Assembly: GCA_976226885.1 (NCBI GenBank)
Contig: OZ320322.1
Location: 49,786,001-49,850,000, forward strand
DNA: 64,000 nucleotides
Direction of reading: 5' to 3'
DNA from: Iphione sp. A-MEVVRFRX5
Taxonomy: Eukaryota
The translations under genes and the position numbers were made by a program. Below are positions 23,199-37,135 of this stretch, one piece after another (within the stretch, counting starts at the first letter, position 1; each line of letters begins with the position of its first letter). The notes beneath the pieces are model-generated. The model did not search any database, was not told where the DNA came from, and worked only from the letters and a program-made list of their open reading frames with translations.

Positions 23199-26100
23199 CT
23201 CGCCTATAATCCTTGTACTGTTTAAGTGTACAGAAGCGGATACAGACTTGATGATGTGTGGTTATGATCCGTGGTGGACATAACGTTGTAAGAGTGAATG
23301 TATATAATTACACACAGTGAAGTGAAAGAAAGTATGGGCATTTGACAGCTGGTGTATTGTTCTGCATAGATTGTACAATCATATGGGAAAGTAAACGTGT
23401 AAATGTTTTTTTGTTTTCCACAAAGTGAAGTAGCTCTTGATGAGGTTACTTTTAGAAGAGTGAGGAGACTAGTCATGCTAAAAGCTGTATCAGTCATGCA
23501 TTTGGATAATCTTTAATCTCTGACTGCTGTTTTTCAGCAGATTCTGTTCAGTAGCTGAACGTATGCGTCAAATCTGGCATTTCTTTGGGCCTAAAGGATG
23601 GCCGTATTATTGAACGAGACTGCAGCCCTTAGTGTCTGCTACTAACGGCTGAACCTTAGAGGTCTTAGTTAAAACGGTGATATTTTCTTTTCTTTTCTTT
23701 CACTTGGAGATTATTTTCTTTTGAAGAGTTACGAGCAGCCTTTCTTGAAATTTATTCACAATCGAAAGAACCGCGATTTCCAGTGGTTTAGTCACATGTA
23801 ATAAGAATCTTCTGTGGTACAGCTATTTTAGTTATTGTAGAAATCCTGCACTTTGGGGGAATTGAGGTCATCTGTTGAGACAAAGGGAAAAAAGTGTGGT
23901 ACATTATTATGTTCGGTGATTGGCAGAGAGCAAATGTTGGTATATTTTTTTAAATTGTTGTTAAGATTAAGGTTTGTAATATTAAAGAGCTAGAGGTTAA
24001 ATGTACTGTAACCAGTAATTTAGTCATCATACATAATAACCATTTTAGTGCAGCAATTACATGTACAATGATTGCACAGATCCTGCACTTAGGAAGACGT
24101 ATTAATCTATCCCAGACGGTCAGTAGTGTGGTATTATGTAAGAATGGTGAGGAAAAAAACAAAAGGTGGCTTCTCATAGTTCTCAATGCTATTGTTAAAA
24201 TTAAGGTTTGTTATCATAGACAATAGAGATTACATGTATTTGTATCAATATTATGCAGTTTCAGTGTTCATGATATCTTTAATGCATGTTTGTTTTTGTG
24301 ACAAGGGAATGAACATTTATAGTGTAAAAGAATATATATATATTCGAGGTTCGACGTACCTGAGAAGATTTTCCCAACAGCTGCCTGTGTTAGTCATGAT
24401 TTACGAGGTGCTACTTGACTTCATCTAATTCAACTCCCAAACGTTCACAATGCAGTATCATGAACTTCCAGGAGCGTACCTTTCAGACCACTCCTGAGAC
24501 TTTCAACTACAAGCTCTACCCTAAGTATTAAGAGCTTCACCCTAAGAGTTTAATCACACTGTTTTAACAGTCGCCGTTGCGTGCTGGGGAGATGTGTTCT
24601 CTCAGAACCTCATCTTCCTAACAATGCTTCTCGCTAGTGAGGATGACCCCGCATGACCCTGTCCTGGGGATGTTTTGGGTTGATAAATATGCTGCCTATT
24701 GTTACCTTTCCCTTATTGGATGATTGTTTACTTATGTGGTCACACAAATTGGTCTGAAAGCGAAGAAATCCAGACTGTGGGGAGGAGTTGGGAGGGAGGG
24801 AGCTCTGAATGCTTTCAGCCTTTCCTCAGCTTGTACTTCTTGTGCACCTTCAGGGGCGTTTCTTTTTGTTAGACAGTCATGGGAACAAATAATTCTGCCA
24901 CATCCTCCTCAGTGCAAAGTCAGCTCAACCATTAGCCATTGAATCTATTCAAGTGACTCTGTTATTTGGACTGATGATTTGACAGGTCGCTACCAAATGT
25001 TGTACAAGTGATAATTATATGATTCTCCAGTGAATTCTCATTCAGTATCCTTCTCGTCCACAGTTGATTTGTTGTACCCCGAAACCAAGGTTTGCTTAAG
25101 ATCTGCTTTATTGTCACAGATTTGTTGGCATGCAGTGACATTTTTTCTGCATTTTTTTCTCGATTGGAATGAAATCCCCTTTAACTTCGCTATAGAGAAC
25201 ATTATTGAGATTGTTACATGTTACTAGCGGGATTGTCGACCCATGGCTTTCCCTTAATAAGATATTAGTTGCCCAACGTTTTGATGGATTAATTTTCCAA
25301 CAAAGGTTAATTTTTCAAAGCATATCAGTTACTGTGCAACTCACCCTGAATTCTAATATTTTTGCTTAATATGCCGTTTTTTTATGCCGTTTTTGAACCC
25401 TACTAGAATCAAAGGGAGTCATCTGCGTCCAAGACTTCAGAATTCTGCTTTAGTCACACCACTGCATATCAACCTTACAAAGTCTTACTGTATTTTGGAA
25501 AAAAAAAATTAGACGTCTTTGACTTTCGACCAAATACTTGTTTTGTGCAATAAATATAAGTTTATACGTGTAAGACGTACATGTACAAAATCAAGTTCAA
25601 AGTCATCATCTTGAGGGAATGTTTCACTTTCGCCTAGCTCAATAACGTCGAGATGGCGGTGAAGTCTATTTTTTCTTCCTATTCTTGTTGACGTCATGAA
25701 TATGACCTGTTAAAAGATATTTAAAAGAAACTGTTTATTTGCTTATTTATGTTGCAATGGAAAATACTCTTTATCTTCCTTTTAAATCTGTTTAAGCTAC
25801 TAGAGAAAATTAGTCTTAAAGTCGATTTACAGTGTACAATGTATTTGCATAGTGCATATCTTTGCGTTAGTAGTGCAAAGGACAGATGTTAAAAATAACA
25901 ACTATGCAAAATATGTAAGAGTATCATATGTCAGAAATGGAAGGGCACAGAATTACCATCCCTAAAACAGTGTGTTTGTGTGTGTGTGTGTGGAAACTCA
26001 GATCCGTGAATCTATCAAATACAATTGACCTGTGCTTACCGACCTCCCAGAAAGTCACCTCATAACGGATTGCATTCTGTGGAGACAGTTGGACTTAAAA

Positions 26101-26679
26101 TAATGTGCTGCAGTGTAGCTTATCTGAAGAGACCTCGTAACAGATTTTTTTTTTAAAGAAACACACCAAGTGTTGGCTGCTGTACCAAAAATAAGACTCA
26201 ACATAGTTGGATTTCTCCAGGAAAACGTATGTTTGTAACCAGGCTTAAAATAGGAATATCGAATTGGAATCAGTACCAGACGATGCATGCAGAGCCTGTT
26301 TTGCAAGCCAACTCAGCCTGTCAGTTGAACGTCAGTCAACTTGGCCTGTTTTACCTGCAGAGCGGCCCCACACGTTACAGCTGTATATGCATTCATACAT
26401 ATATTAAGATTCTTGGGTTCATGTAACATGAGTCGTAGAGGTGAAAAAGAGCACAACATATGCTGAAACCACACCAAAATGGAGTGCAGTCGGAACTTGA
26501 AAACAGCCCACCCGAAATCCAACTGAAGTCGCTTTCCAAAAACTTTTGGATGTAATCAATCACTGATCGATTCGATTTCTGAATGCAAATGGTTGGATTT
26601 TATCCAAGGTAGGTATGGCCAACTTCGAAATCCAAATGTAAATTTGAATGTAACGTTGGTGTGGTCTGTGTACACCTGT

Positions 26680-27030
26680 ACCTGAGCTGTTCCCTCCTCT
26701 GTTGCATTACCAACTTCAGGAGGGAACCCTGAAGCGCTGATGAGTAAAGCGTGGGTTGCACATACCCAAGGTGTTGCCTCCTCCATTGCATTACCAACGT
26801 CAGGAGGGAATCATGAAACTTTGATGAGTAAACTATGCATTCACCTGTACCCGAAGTGTTCCTCCCCCATTGCATCACCAATTCGGGAGGGAACCATGAA
26901 GCTCTGACGAGTAAAGCATGGGTTTGCATTTTCCCGAGGTGTTCCCACCTCCATTGCATTACCAACTTCAGGAGGGAATCGTGAAGCTTTGACAGGTTTG
27001 GCAAGGGTTCACACATACCCAGATGCCTTG
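26680..27030. repeat. 84-bp tandem repeat, about 4 diverged copies
   Basis: TTGCATYACCAA unit starts at 26702, 26786, 26870 and 26954, exactly 84 bp apart. Confidence 0.9.
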
Positions 27031-28850
27031 TTGTCTGAGCCCTTTGTGTATTCAAAGAAGTGTCTGTGAAACGCCCCCTTGGCACCTCACTGTAAATCCA
27101 AATGTGCTGCTGTATGATGTCCATATTATACTCATGTTTATTATCATGCCCATTCCAACTACCAAGTGGTGCACGTGGGCTTTAGAAGTCCACCAAGTCC
27201 AGAATCTGAAAAAATACCCGAAATCTGACTGATTTGATGGGTAACAGATATCATTCTGTTTTCGAGTCCTGACTGCATTTAGGTAGGTTTCCCGGTCATG
27301 TGACAGCATAGGAACAGGACGCCCCTCAACTGAGCATGTCATAACAATCAGGATTGCGTTTGGTCCTAATTTGCACTTGACAGAAAGACCACCTTTAAGC
27401 GACGACTCGCAGCTCTCTCCGCATGTGATGAGTTATTACTTTTAATTCCCAGAAGTTTACTAGATTGTAGCCATTTTTACCTCACAAAGCCTGGAGATAA
27501 GGCCTTGACCAGACCACAACCTTGACAGTATCATGGGATGTCCATCTTCGAGAATGAGCCATTTTACTTCCTTATTACTTTGCTCTTCTAAAGAAGAGCT
27601 GAGGATAGGTTTACACCCATTTAATGTATGATATAAGCGGCGGCGGGGCAGCCCACGTGCTGACCCTAGAATTATTTCTCCCCATGAAATCGCCAGAGTT
27701 GTTGATCATTTGATTAACAGTAATATCGCGAGGGAGGAAGTGGGACCAATAGTGTATTGAAATGAAAAAAATAATGGTGATAGGGCGAATATTGGAGCTG
27801 GACAAGGTGACAGCTTTCTTATCAAAGATAAAGGGGAGTCAGTCTACTGACAGCAAAGTTTGCCCCACTGTCATCCTTAGCAACCACAATTCTGTAATTG
27901 GTGCACTGTGTGGACCTTGATAGGTGCTGGGCATAGGGAAACAGGCTGCTCCCCCCACCCCACCCGCGAAACAAATTGGCGGGGGGAGGGGGGTCTTGAC
28001 CCTCGATACAGTTGGCAATGGGCCAAGTTGACGGCTAATAAGTAGACTTACAGGCTGAATGTACCTCATAGTGCGTTGTCTGTGTATTTGTGCATCAACC
28101 CAAGTGGAATTCCTCCCCCCGCTAAATCCTTGGAAAAAACAATGTATTTTAATATGTGTAGATATTATTCACCCACCAACCCCAACCCCAGTCCATACTT
28201 CAGAATCCTTACAAAGATTACGTGTAGTTGTCATTAAAAAGGATAAGGAAACCTCAAGGACAAAAAATCTCGCCAACCGGGATGTAAATTCTTTGGTGCT
28301 GACATATTTTCTCCTGCATGATACGTGATATAGATAACTCTCTTCTATTGAGACACATTTTTAACAGCTATGTTTAACAAATTCGATTTACATTGACAAT
28401 ATATACACAGCCAATCTTCAGAAGGTGCATACCAAGGCCATGTCTTCTGTCAGATGTCTCATATTGCACAAAAAAACTCTTTAGTAAAATTTCAGTTTCA
28501 GCAGTATTTTCTCATTAAATGCATCAGAATATCCGAATGCAAGGGTTAACAGGTTTATACTAGTCTTTTTTTCACACATTAAACAGTAGTCACTCCAACT
28601 TGGAAATCACTTCCAAACTTGAATGGGATTTAACAGGCTCCAGAAACCCTCTGATTGATTATATGCCTTTCTTTGGAATGCTCAATTTCTTGCATATGCT
28701 TGTAAATACCTAACAGTTTCAGTCTTGTGACTGAGTAGTACTGCCAAGGGCATGAATATGGAAAACCCCAGTCTGTTCGGAGGTGGTGAACTCGCACACG
28801 CCACGTGACTTGCTCAAAAACCGCACACCCGGAGTCTCCGATCAATAAAA

Positions 28851-29113
28851 GATTCCTGGATAAGGTCAAACGTGTGTTTAAGATTCCTGGATAAAGTGAA
28901 ATGGGCGTTTGACTCCTGGATAAGGTAAAATGGGTGTTTAAGATTCCTGGATATGGTAAAACTTGTGTTTAAGATTCCTGGATAAGGTAAACTGGGCGTT
29001 TGACTCCTGGATAAGGTAAACGTGTTTAAAGATTCCTGGACAAAGTAAAATGTGCATTTAAGCCTCCTGGATAAGGTAAAACGGGTGTTTAAGATTCCTG
29101 GATAAGGTAAACT
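28851..29113 (+). repeat. 29-31 bp minisatellite, 9 copies (GATTCCTGGATAAGGTAAAACGTGTGTTTAA-like)
   Basis: Unit starts at 28851, 28882, 28911, 28942, 28973, 29002, 29031, 29062 and 29093; no unique spacers. Confidence 0.95.
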
Positions 29114-30817
29114 GTGAGGGTATTGTGGCGTCTACCTCAGCGTTCTGCTTCCTGTGCACAGTCCTGGGATTCATGGTCAACAGTTGGGAAGTCTCAAGGT
29201 TAAAAGGTCAAGATATGCACCATCCCTCACATTTTCTCAACCACTGTTGTCTTATGTTGGGACAAGTGAATATCTGTCTTCCATATGTTATTAAGATGCT
29301 ATAAAAACAGTCAAAAGCTCTGCGCTTTGTGCTTGATGAAAAAAATCATACCTTCTTAAACGGTCCTTGCAATGACAGTCTTAGTTAATTTTTGAACAAA
29401 GAAAAAAAACCTAACATGTTATCAGTGAACGTTTAATTGACTGACCTTTCTCTCTTCATTTTGAATTAAATCGATTGTATAAAAAAAGAACGTGTCCTGG
29501 TACTTATCATCATCAGAGTTCTGTTTGAAAAGGAATAGTCGTGATACACACGTAGTTATTGCACCTCGTATTATACAGCGCAGCTAAAACTAACCTTAAA
29601 TGAGGTACATTTTGATATTGATGGATGATAACACTTTCTTTCAAGTTTTCTGTCCAGTTTTCTCCAGTGATAAGAATGGAATGGAAGTTTGTCATGAGAT
29701 ACCAGTTAGTGGTTTGTAAGATACATTTTTTTGTTCAGTATAAAAAAAAAGGAATGAATCGAGCTGAACATACGTCTGCAATGTTTATTCACAAACATAA
29801 GCTTATGTTCAACAAGACATCACAAAATTCAGCAACATTTTTAAAGCTTTGTATGGCCACGGTATATGAGCTTGGCAGTATTTGCGAGTTCATTAATGAC
29901 AACTTAATCATTAATCTTTTCTCTAGGTTGCTCTCGTACATAACGATATTGACTAACAAACTTGAAAGCTGCACGTATTGTCAACTCACGCCACACGATG
30001 CACTCATGAAGAACGAAAATTTTATTCAGTAACTGATTATTCTTAATGCGTCGTAATCGATAGCTGCGAAGCTGGCTAACATGGCACTTCAATGAACACT
30101 GCTTTCTGAACTCGACGTCCCAGTTTTACCACGCCCAGTAGTAGACAAGAAACTGGCATCATTTGTAAACTTCACTCACGTATTCCTGCTCTGGTGAGCT
30201 TTGCTACGTCCTCCAGAGTACAAAATCATTTAAATGTAAAGGATTCAAACAGTTATCAACTATGTTATTTCCACACCTGAACTTTGCTTCCTTCGACAAG
30301 TATGTACATTTACCACAATAATGGGGTTTAGTTTTGAATACTTGTATTTCTACATGAAGACCCTCAGCTACAGTTGACTAAACTTCATTTAAAGGCAAGA
30401 CATGAAAGATATTCGAGGATACATGTGGTCCAACGAGATTGAGAACTTGGAACACTTACAGCTCATCGAAGTATATATTATTTTTAGGATAATAGGCACG
30501 GGGTTTGATAAGAAAATCACCAAAGGCATTGTTCTCTATATTACTACGTGCGTCAATATTTACAAAAATAAACCTAGCCAGTATAAGTGTACATACATAC
30601 CGTATACACAATCTATTTATATACACATACACCGCCATCCAGAAACCGGAACGACCTGATCTGTTTGTTGTGGAAGATGTGCTAATGAACCTTACCCATA
30701 TACCATATACAGACATGTATACATTTAGACATGACCTGTGCCCGTCTACACAGGGTCCCCTGAAGACACAGGTAGGGGACATGATCTGATCCAGTGTAGA
30801 GGATATACCTATATGTA

Positions 30818-30985
30818 CAGTCGAACCTCGTTAACTGTACACCCTCCGTTCCCCCAACAAAATCTGTCTGGATACTGGATATTCCGGTTACTAAAACATG
30901 AAAAAAATCCAATAAAATACATCAAGTTGAGTCCAGTTAATGCGGTAATCTGGTGGTTGAGTCTCCAGATGACGAGGTTCGACTG
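30818..30985. mobile_element. Tc1/mariner-type MITE (168 bp)
   Basis: TIRs CAGTCGAACCTCGT (14/14, extending to ~20 bp with 2 mismatches), flanked by TA on both sides (30816-17, 30986-87). Confidence 0.88.
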
Positions 30986-31743
30986 TATTCCGAAACTATT
31001 AGGCTGGTAGCTCGTCATGAGGCATGGGGAATGGCTTGCAGGATCATCATAACCTGACTACACAAGCTGTGAGATGTGACTTGACCTTGTTTCACGTGAA
31101 TACCTTAACATGGATATACAGAATACGCGCATGCACCCTGGCACAGTTATGTGGCTGTGTGTCCATGTGTGTGGCGTACATGTTTTTTGTACACGTGCTC
31201 ATGGATGTACTTGTATGAGATGTGCCCAGGCATTCCGATGATTTGTTCTGAAATAAATAAACACAGCGTTTTGCTTGGTATCCCTGACGTTCGGTGTGGC
31301 CGTGGCTTTGGGTGCCCGTCGTGTACATGTGTCCAACTCCTACATTGCCTGCCTCCTCGCACCAGCCAGCAGAGGAACAGGAAGCATCACTAGGCCTGGG
31401 GTGACCTGCAGTGACTTCCAGGGCGGGCAGCCAACCGATACCGCAGGCAGTGGTGGGGACTAGATCCTGGCCAACGAGAGGGAGACACCAAGAATAAATG
31501 GCGGCCTCGATGTCTTTGGTTTACGACCTCTGGGTGTCTGTGCCTACGTCCAATACTTATACCCTGCCTTTCATGGGACTAGCCCATACAGGACCTTGGA
31601 TCATGGTTGGAGCTGGAGTGTGCCTAGTCAACCAATACTTTGGTCGACGGCAGGGACTAGGATACTAACCTCTGGTTATGACAACCTCTGGTTGTCACTT
31701 TTTCTCTGATACTGTCTGAGACACATCAACCTGGCTCGTATGA

Positions 31744-34700
31744 CTAGCCCTGGGAGGATCCCAGGTCATCAATGGGTATAAAGTGGCATTCGGCATCCGT
31801 GAAGAGCAGGTAGTCGAGCAGCACTCTCGGTAGTGGCAGGGACTGGATGCTGTCCCCGCTGGCAAGACGACGGGAACCTATGGCCTTGCGGACGGCAAGG
31901 CGGCAAAGGTGGCTGAGAGACCGCGGGCAACCTGAGGGTGAACGGAAAAAAATGATAAATATCTTTTCGACATGGCAAAAGGAAATTTTCGTTTTAGGAC
32001 TTTCTCGTTTTATTCTTCCAAAATGGTAGTGCAGTTATTATCCATGAGACTTTGACAAACGAACTAAGTCAATGTTTCTACACAGCACTGCATTCTGAAA
32101 AATCTCTTATCATAATGACACTTTTCATAACATCACTGTGAATGCCCGAATTGTAAATACTGCAAGGGAATTAGCCACATGGGCTACATCGTATCTCACT
32201 ACACTGGCCGCAACTATGTTGTAAAACATTATATAAGCTGCCAGAGCTCAAACTTGATATACTTGTATCGACTGTTTTTTTCAAGTTAACTCTGTCCATG
32301 GTACCATCAATTCGTAAGGCAGAGTAACGTGTTCAAAGTACTTGTATCGATTGCTTACAGGGCGACAAGCACTATGTTTACACTACCTATATAAAACGTT
32401 GCCTGAAAGTAGTTCGGCCATGGGGAGAGGTCTCATTGTGGTGTGATTTTCCAGATTTACCTTATTTTTTTATACTGATTGATCCATGAGGATATTTTAA
32501 AGCAAGACAGAGATAGTTATTCACCTTTAGTGTATGTAAAATGCTTATTACTAAAAACATATGACATATGTAGCCCTACTTTCTACACAGAGTGCTGTAT
32601 TCCTACCCTCTCTGTTCAGTCAAGCAGAACTGAGAGTTGTAAAAGGCCAGATGAGTCTGTACTTTGACCCCTACCCCCCTCCATCTCTGAGTGCAGGCAC
32701 CGAAGGCACTTGTGGTCATATAAAGAACACTAATGGTTAGGTTAAGGTGACCAAACCACTGCTGGACACCGAAACTGAAAACCATTACCACTCTGCGCAT
32801 TTTGTCCATGAAAATCTAGAGGGTATCCAAGTGAAAAAGCTCAGGAATTTGATGCAGAGAAGCTGGGTCTATAGACTACAGAGTTCCATCCGTTATAGTG
32901 TCAATTTGATAGATACAGGTCTTCAACTAGGAAGAAAGCTATGAGAGATCACACTTAACTTGCCCCCTTCAAAAACGTTCTAGTTACTGATGTATTATGC
33001 CTTCGTCGCTCCTATGGACGGCTTCAAGTAACATGTGTGCAACGGACTTTCTTACGAAATTTACAGTGCACGTATGAGACATTGAGTGCAATTACTCTGC
33101 GGACTTAGACCGATGCAGTAATAATTATATGAACGCTAAAATGTGAGTTATGAGTGTTATTATGTTTTTTGCATTTTGTAGTAACGATCACATATTGTTT
33201 ACACATAATTATAACCGATGCATATGGTCACTTTGCCATGGCGCAATCAGTGTGTCATGAAGTTGTTGCTGCAGCTGCCAGCTGCACATCAGAAGACTAC
33301 GTCTTCATGTTCTGATTATAAATATAAACATACACATATACATCCATACAAGGATACCCACATACATGCACACACTCTCAATCTCTCTGGCACTATACAT
33401 AGCATTGCTCGACATCCCTCCAGACAGATTCACCGAATACAGAGCGTTACATAATGTCAGTAAATATACTACACCACGCCCCCAGGTGGCCTAGTTGTGG
33501 TTTTGTTATTCTAACACCATATACCTGGTACGCTTATTTCCTCCTTAAGTTCCTATAGTGGAGGTCAGCTGACCTGTGACTTGATAACACTGACTTTTGT
33601 TCTGATTTCCACTGAACATAACCATATATACTGTACATTATAAAAAAAGATATATAATATACACACTGCAGAGATACACATACAAGAACATATGCATATA
33701 TGCGAGTTTATTTTGGTGTACATTTATGTTTATCTTGATATATATTTATAACAGTGCCATGTGTTAATTTTGCTTCTCAACACTGCCAGCCTCTAATACG
33801 GTAACAATGGATAAAATATTGGTCATCCTTGCAGGTATGTTACCTTGGAAAGGTTAGCTACTGGGGTAATGAACCACCAAACACGGCTGCATACATGCAC
33901 ATGCACATACTAAAGATAATATGAGCGCCGATTAGACGATTGGCTATGAAGACCAAGATCAAGCCCAGTATGACAATGTGCGGGGGGCAAGATGAGTACG
34001 AGTAAGTTAGGAGCAGTTACCTGCGATGGAGCGTAACCTCTCCCAGAGCTGCTCTGTAAGGACGTTCCTCAAGGACGGGTCAAGTCTCACACTGGCCGCA
34101 AAGTACACCTGTTGGGCTATCAAACTATAGAGGCGAAGTCCAGTGAGATAGGGCTGCCAGGTCCCCAGCACCGACAGATAGGTCTGCGGGTCGAACGGGA
34201 AGTCCTCGTCGAGGTCCTCATCGGAATCGGACGCGCTGCCTTCTTCCCGATCAGGGCTACCCCCGGCACCACAGGCACCACCGGCCGCCCTCCCCACTCC
34301 TCCAGCACCCTCCCCCTCCCCGCCTCCTCCATCGTCGTCGCCATCGGGCGGGTCGCCGTCAGAGTGTCTGTGGAGCCCGCCTCCAGCTCCTTCCCCAGCT
34401 CCGCCTTCTCCCACGCCCGCCGCGGCGGCGTGGGCGGCGGCGGACGAGCGCCCCTGGCGGCGGCAGAGTCGGAGCCAGTCGTCGGGGGGCACGGTGGTAA
34501 AGTTGAGGCTGGGGTCGGCGCCCAGCTCCAGCATGAGGCGTACGGAGCGGTGCAGGGGGAAGGCCGCGATGAGAGAGAGGTTTGCCACCAGGTTGGGGTG
34601 GTACTCGTCGACGGGCGCGCCGCGCGACACCAGCAGCCGCGCCAGATCGATGTCGCCGGCGTTGAGGGCGGCGAGGAGCGGCGGAACTCCGTCGGCGGGC

Positions 34701-37086
34701 GCATCGACGCGCGCGCCGGCGCCGAGGAGCAGCGGCACGTGAACGGTGGGGTTCCGGAAGACGTGCATGGAGACCAGTGGAGGGAACTGCTGGCTGAAGG
34801 TCACATGGTGCGCGCAGGGCACCAGTCCGCGCGGCACGAAGCGGTCGTCGTCGGGGAAGGGGTGGGCGTAGTTGACATCCAGGCCGCCCTCCAGCAGTGC
34901 CTGGAGGCAGGCTGTCGTCTCCTGGTTGGTGGCCAGGTCGAAGGGGCTGTGCAGGCACAGCGGGAAGTAGGCTGGGTCGGTGTGGGGCAGGAGCAGGCGG
35001 ATACATCTGTAAAAGTCATCGGTTCACTCTATCTGCACTTCATACAAATACTAAACTACAAAAAGAATCTCCAAAAAATCTCTAACGTCCTTTTCCCAGC
35101 TTTTTATAATCAACGACTACAAGTTACTTATCATACGGTCACGTATTTTCTTTCTTTATTACTTAAGAAATTAACTGCTGCCCAACGGGTATTGAGAACT
35201 GAAATAAAAGGTTAAACAAAATGTATGGAAATATGGTATGTATTGGTAAGACAGCGGGGCTAGACAGAACATGATGATGAATGCTACTTGCTCTATTCGT
35301 TCAAACTGAATGGCAGCGTGTAGAGGCAGCGCCACCGGTAGGTCAGTGAGCGCATTAGCGCATGCTCCGTATTGTAGCAGTATCCGCAAGCACTCCTCAT
35401 GGCCCTCCTGGGCCGCCAGAAAGATGGGCGTCCCGCCGTCGTTGGCTGCTTCCCGCACGATGTCTCCTTCTCCTAGAGAACCGAAGAATATAGCTCTATA
35501 TCAGGTGAATACACAACAAATTACTCATACAGCAAATTACCTGCAGGTCAAAATACAACACATGTAATACATTAGAAGCATACGTGCTTTAGAAACGGCA
35601 CATTATCCAAAATAACAAAATGAACTAAAGTAATGTCCCTTGGTTCGTCCATGTATTTTTTCATGTGTCTGGAACTTTTACAGTAAAGATAATTTAAACA
35701 TTTAAAAACTGTGCGTAAACATGCACAGTTACACACTCATAGACAGCAACATATATCGGACCAATACAAACACAAATATACGAAAGGGCAGCTGCACAGG
35801 TTCTAGAGAGACGTCGTGCACCTCTACCTACCGTTCTTGGCAGCGTGCTCAAGGAGAAGTCGTAAACAGTCGGCGTGGCCGCGCTGGGCCGCCTCAAAGA
35901 CGGGCGAGATGTGACAGTCCGAGAAGACGGTCACGTGGGCGCCCACCTCCAGGAAGAGCTCGACGAGCTCAGCGTTTCCCTGACCAGCCGCCAGGTGGAG
36001 GGGTGTGAGGCCGGCATACTGGCGGCAGTTGACGTTAGCCCCGGCGTCGATCAGCAGACGGACGACCTTCACCGTGCCTGACGACACCGCTAGGGGATGC
36101 AGGGCAAATTAGGAGGAGATTATGATGTCATTATAGCAGCATGTAGAGCAACAGNNNNNNNNNNNNNNNNNNNNNNNNNNNNNNNNNNNNNNNNNNNNNN
36201 NNNNNNNNNNNNNNNNNNNNNNNNNNNNNNNNNNNNNNNNNNNNNNNNNNNNNNNNNNNNNNNNNNNNNNNNNNNNNNNNNNNNNACACAGAGAATAAGA
36301 TTGGGTGATGCCGACATTACAGCAATAAAAGTTTAGGCAGACCATCAAAGGTAGGCACGGACAAAGACCACGTGCATTTATACACACATCTGTTCCTCTA
36401 TGAATGAAATCGATTTAATAACTACACGTACATGTACACTGTGCGTCATTTTTAAAGAGCACTGGAGTGACAATGGCCGCTCCTTACCTTGGATGATGGG
36501 CGTGCTCTCGAAGGAATCTTGTAGGTTGGGGTCGGCGCCATGCCTGAGGAGGAGATCAGTGGCCTGAGCGTGGCCAGCGTTAGCCGCCAGGTGCAGGGGG
36601 CTGAAACCCTCGTGACTCGCCCAGGACACGTCGGTGTCCTCTATGAGATAAAGCACAAAGTATGCTGTAAGTTTTACATGGTCACCTTTGGGACTTGCAA
36701 TGGTTACCTGCACTATTCCATTCTATCTTTCTATTCCTCACCCTCCCTTCTTCCTCTTGTCGTTATTCCTAATCCCTGTTTCCCTGCATCCCTCCCTCTC
36801 TGGCTTTCCCTCATATCTCCCCTCCCCCTCACTGAGTCTCTCTCTTGTCTCTCCTATGTTTTCCCTCCCCTCTCTTCCTCCCTCCACCTTTTGCCTGCCC
36901 CCTTACTCCGTATTAGATAGATGACATTTTAATTCCAATACTTCGCCCTAAACTTCCTAACAACCTCCTTCCGCCTCATTTCGCCTTCTGTCTCGCAATT
37001 TCTGTCTCTACTTTTCCCCGGCCTCTTTCATATTCCTTGCCTTCCCTTATCCCACTCTCACTTCGTTCTCCATGCACTCTCCTACC

Positions 37087-37135
<49 letters not shown>

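Noticed and set aside
25045-25052. GTATCCTT U12-type donor-like motif
   Set aside because: It is not at the end of any identifiable exon.
26702-26960. Hammerhead-ribozyme-like CTGATGAG/CTGACGAG in the 84-bp repeat
   Set aside because: No stem II followed by GAAA and no closing stems could be drawn.
28851-29113. Regular ~30-bp repeats resembling a CRISPR array
   Set aside because: The units are contiguous with no unique spacers, there are no cas genes, and the context is eukaryotic; it is a minisatellite.
34112-35215. 367-aa + strand ORF and other overlapping ORFs (also those across 17027-18078)
   Set aside because: These are shadow frames of GC3-rich real exons (ASB3, PH-PDZ linker) with no independent domain signal.
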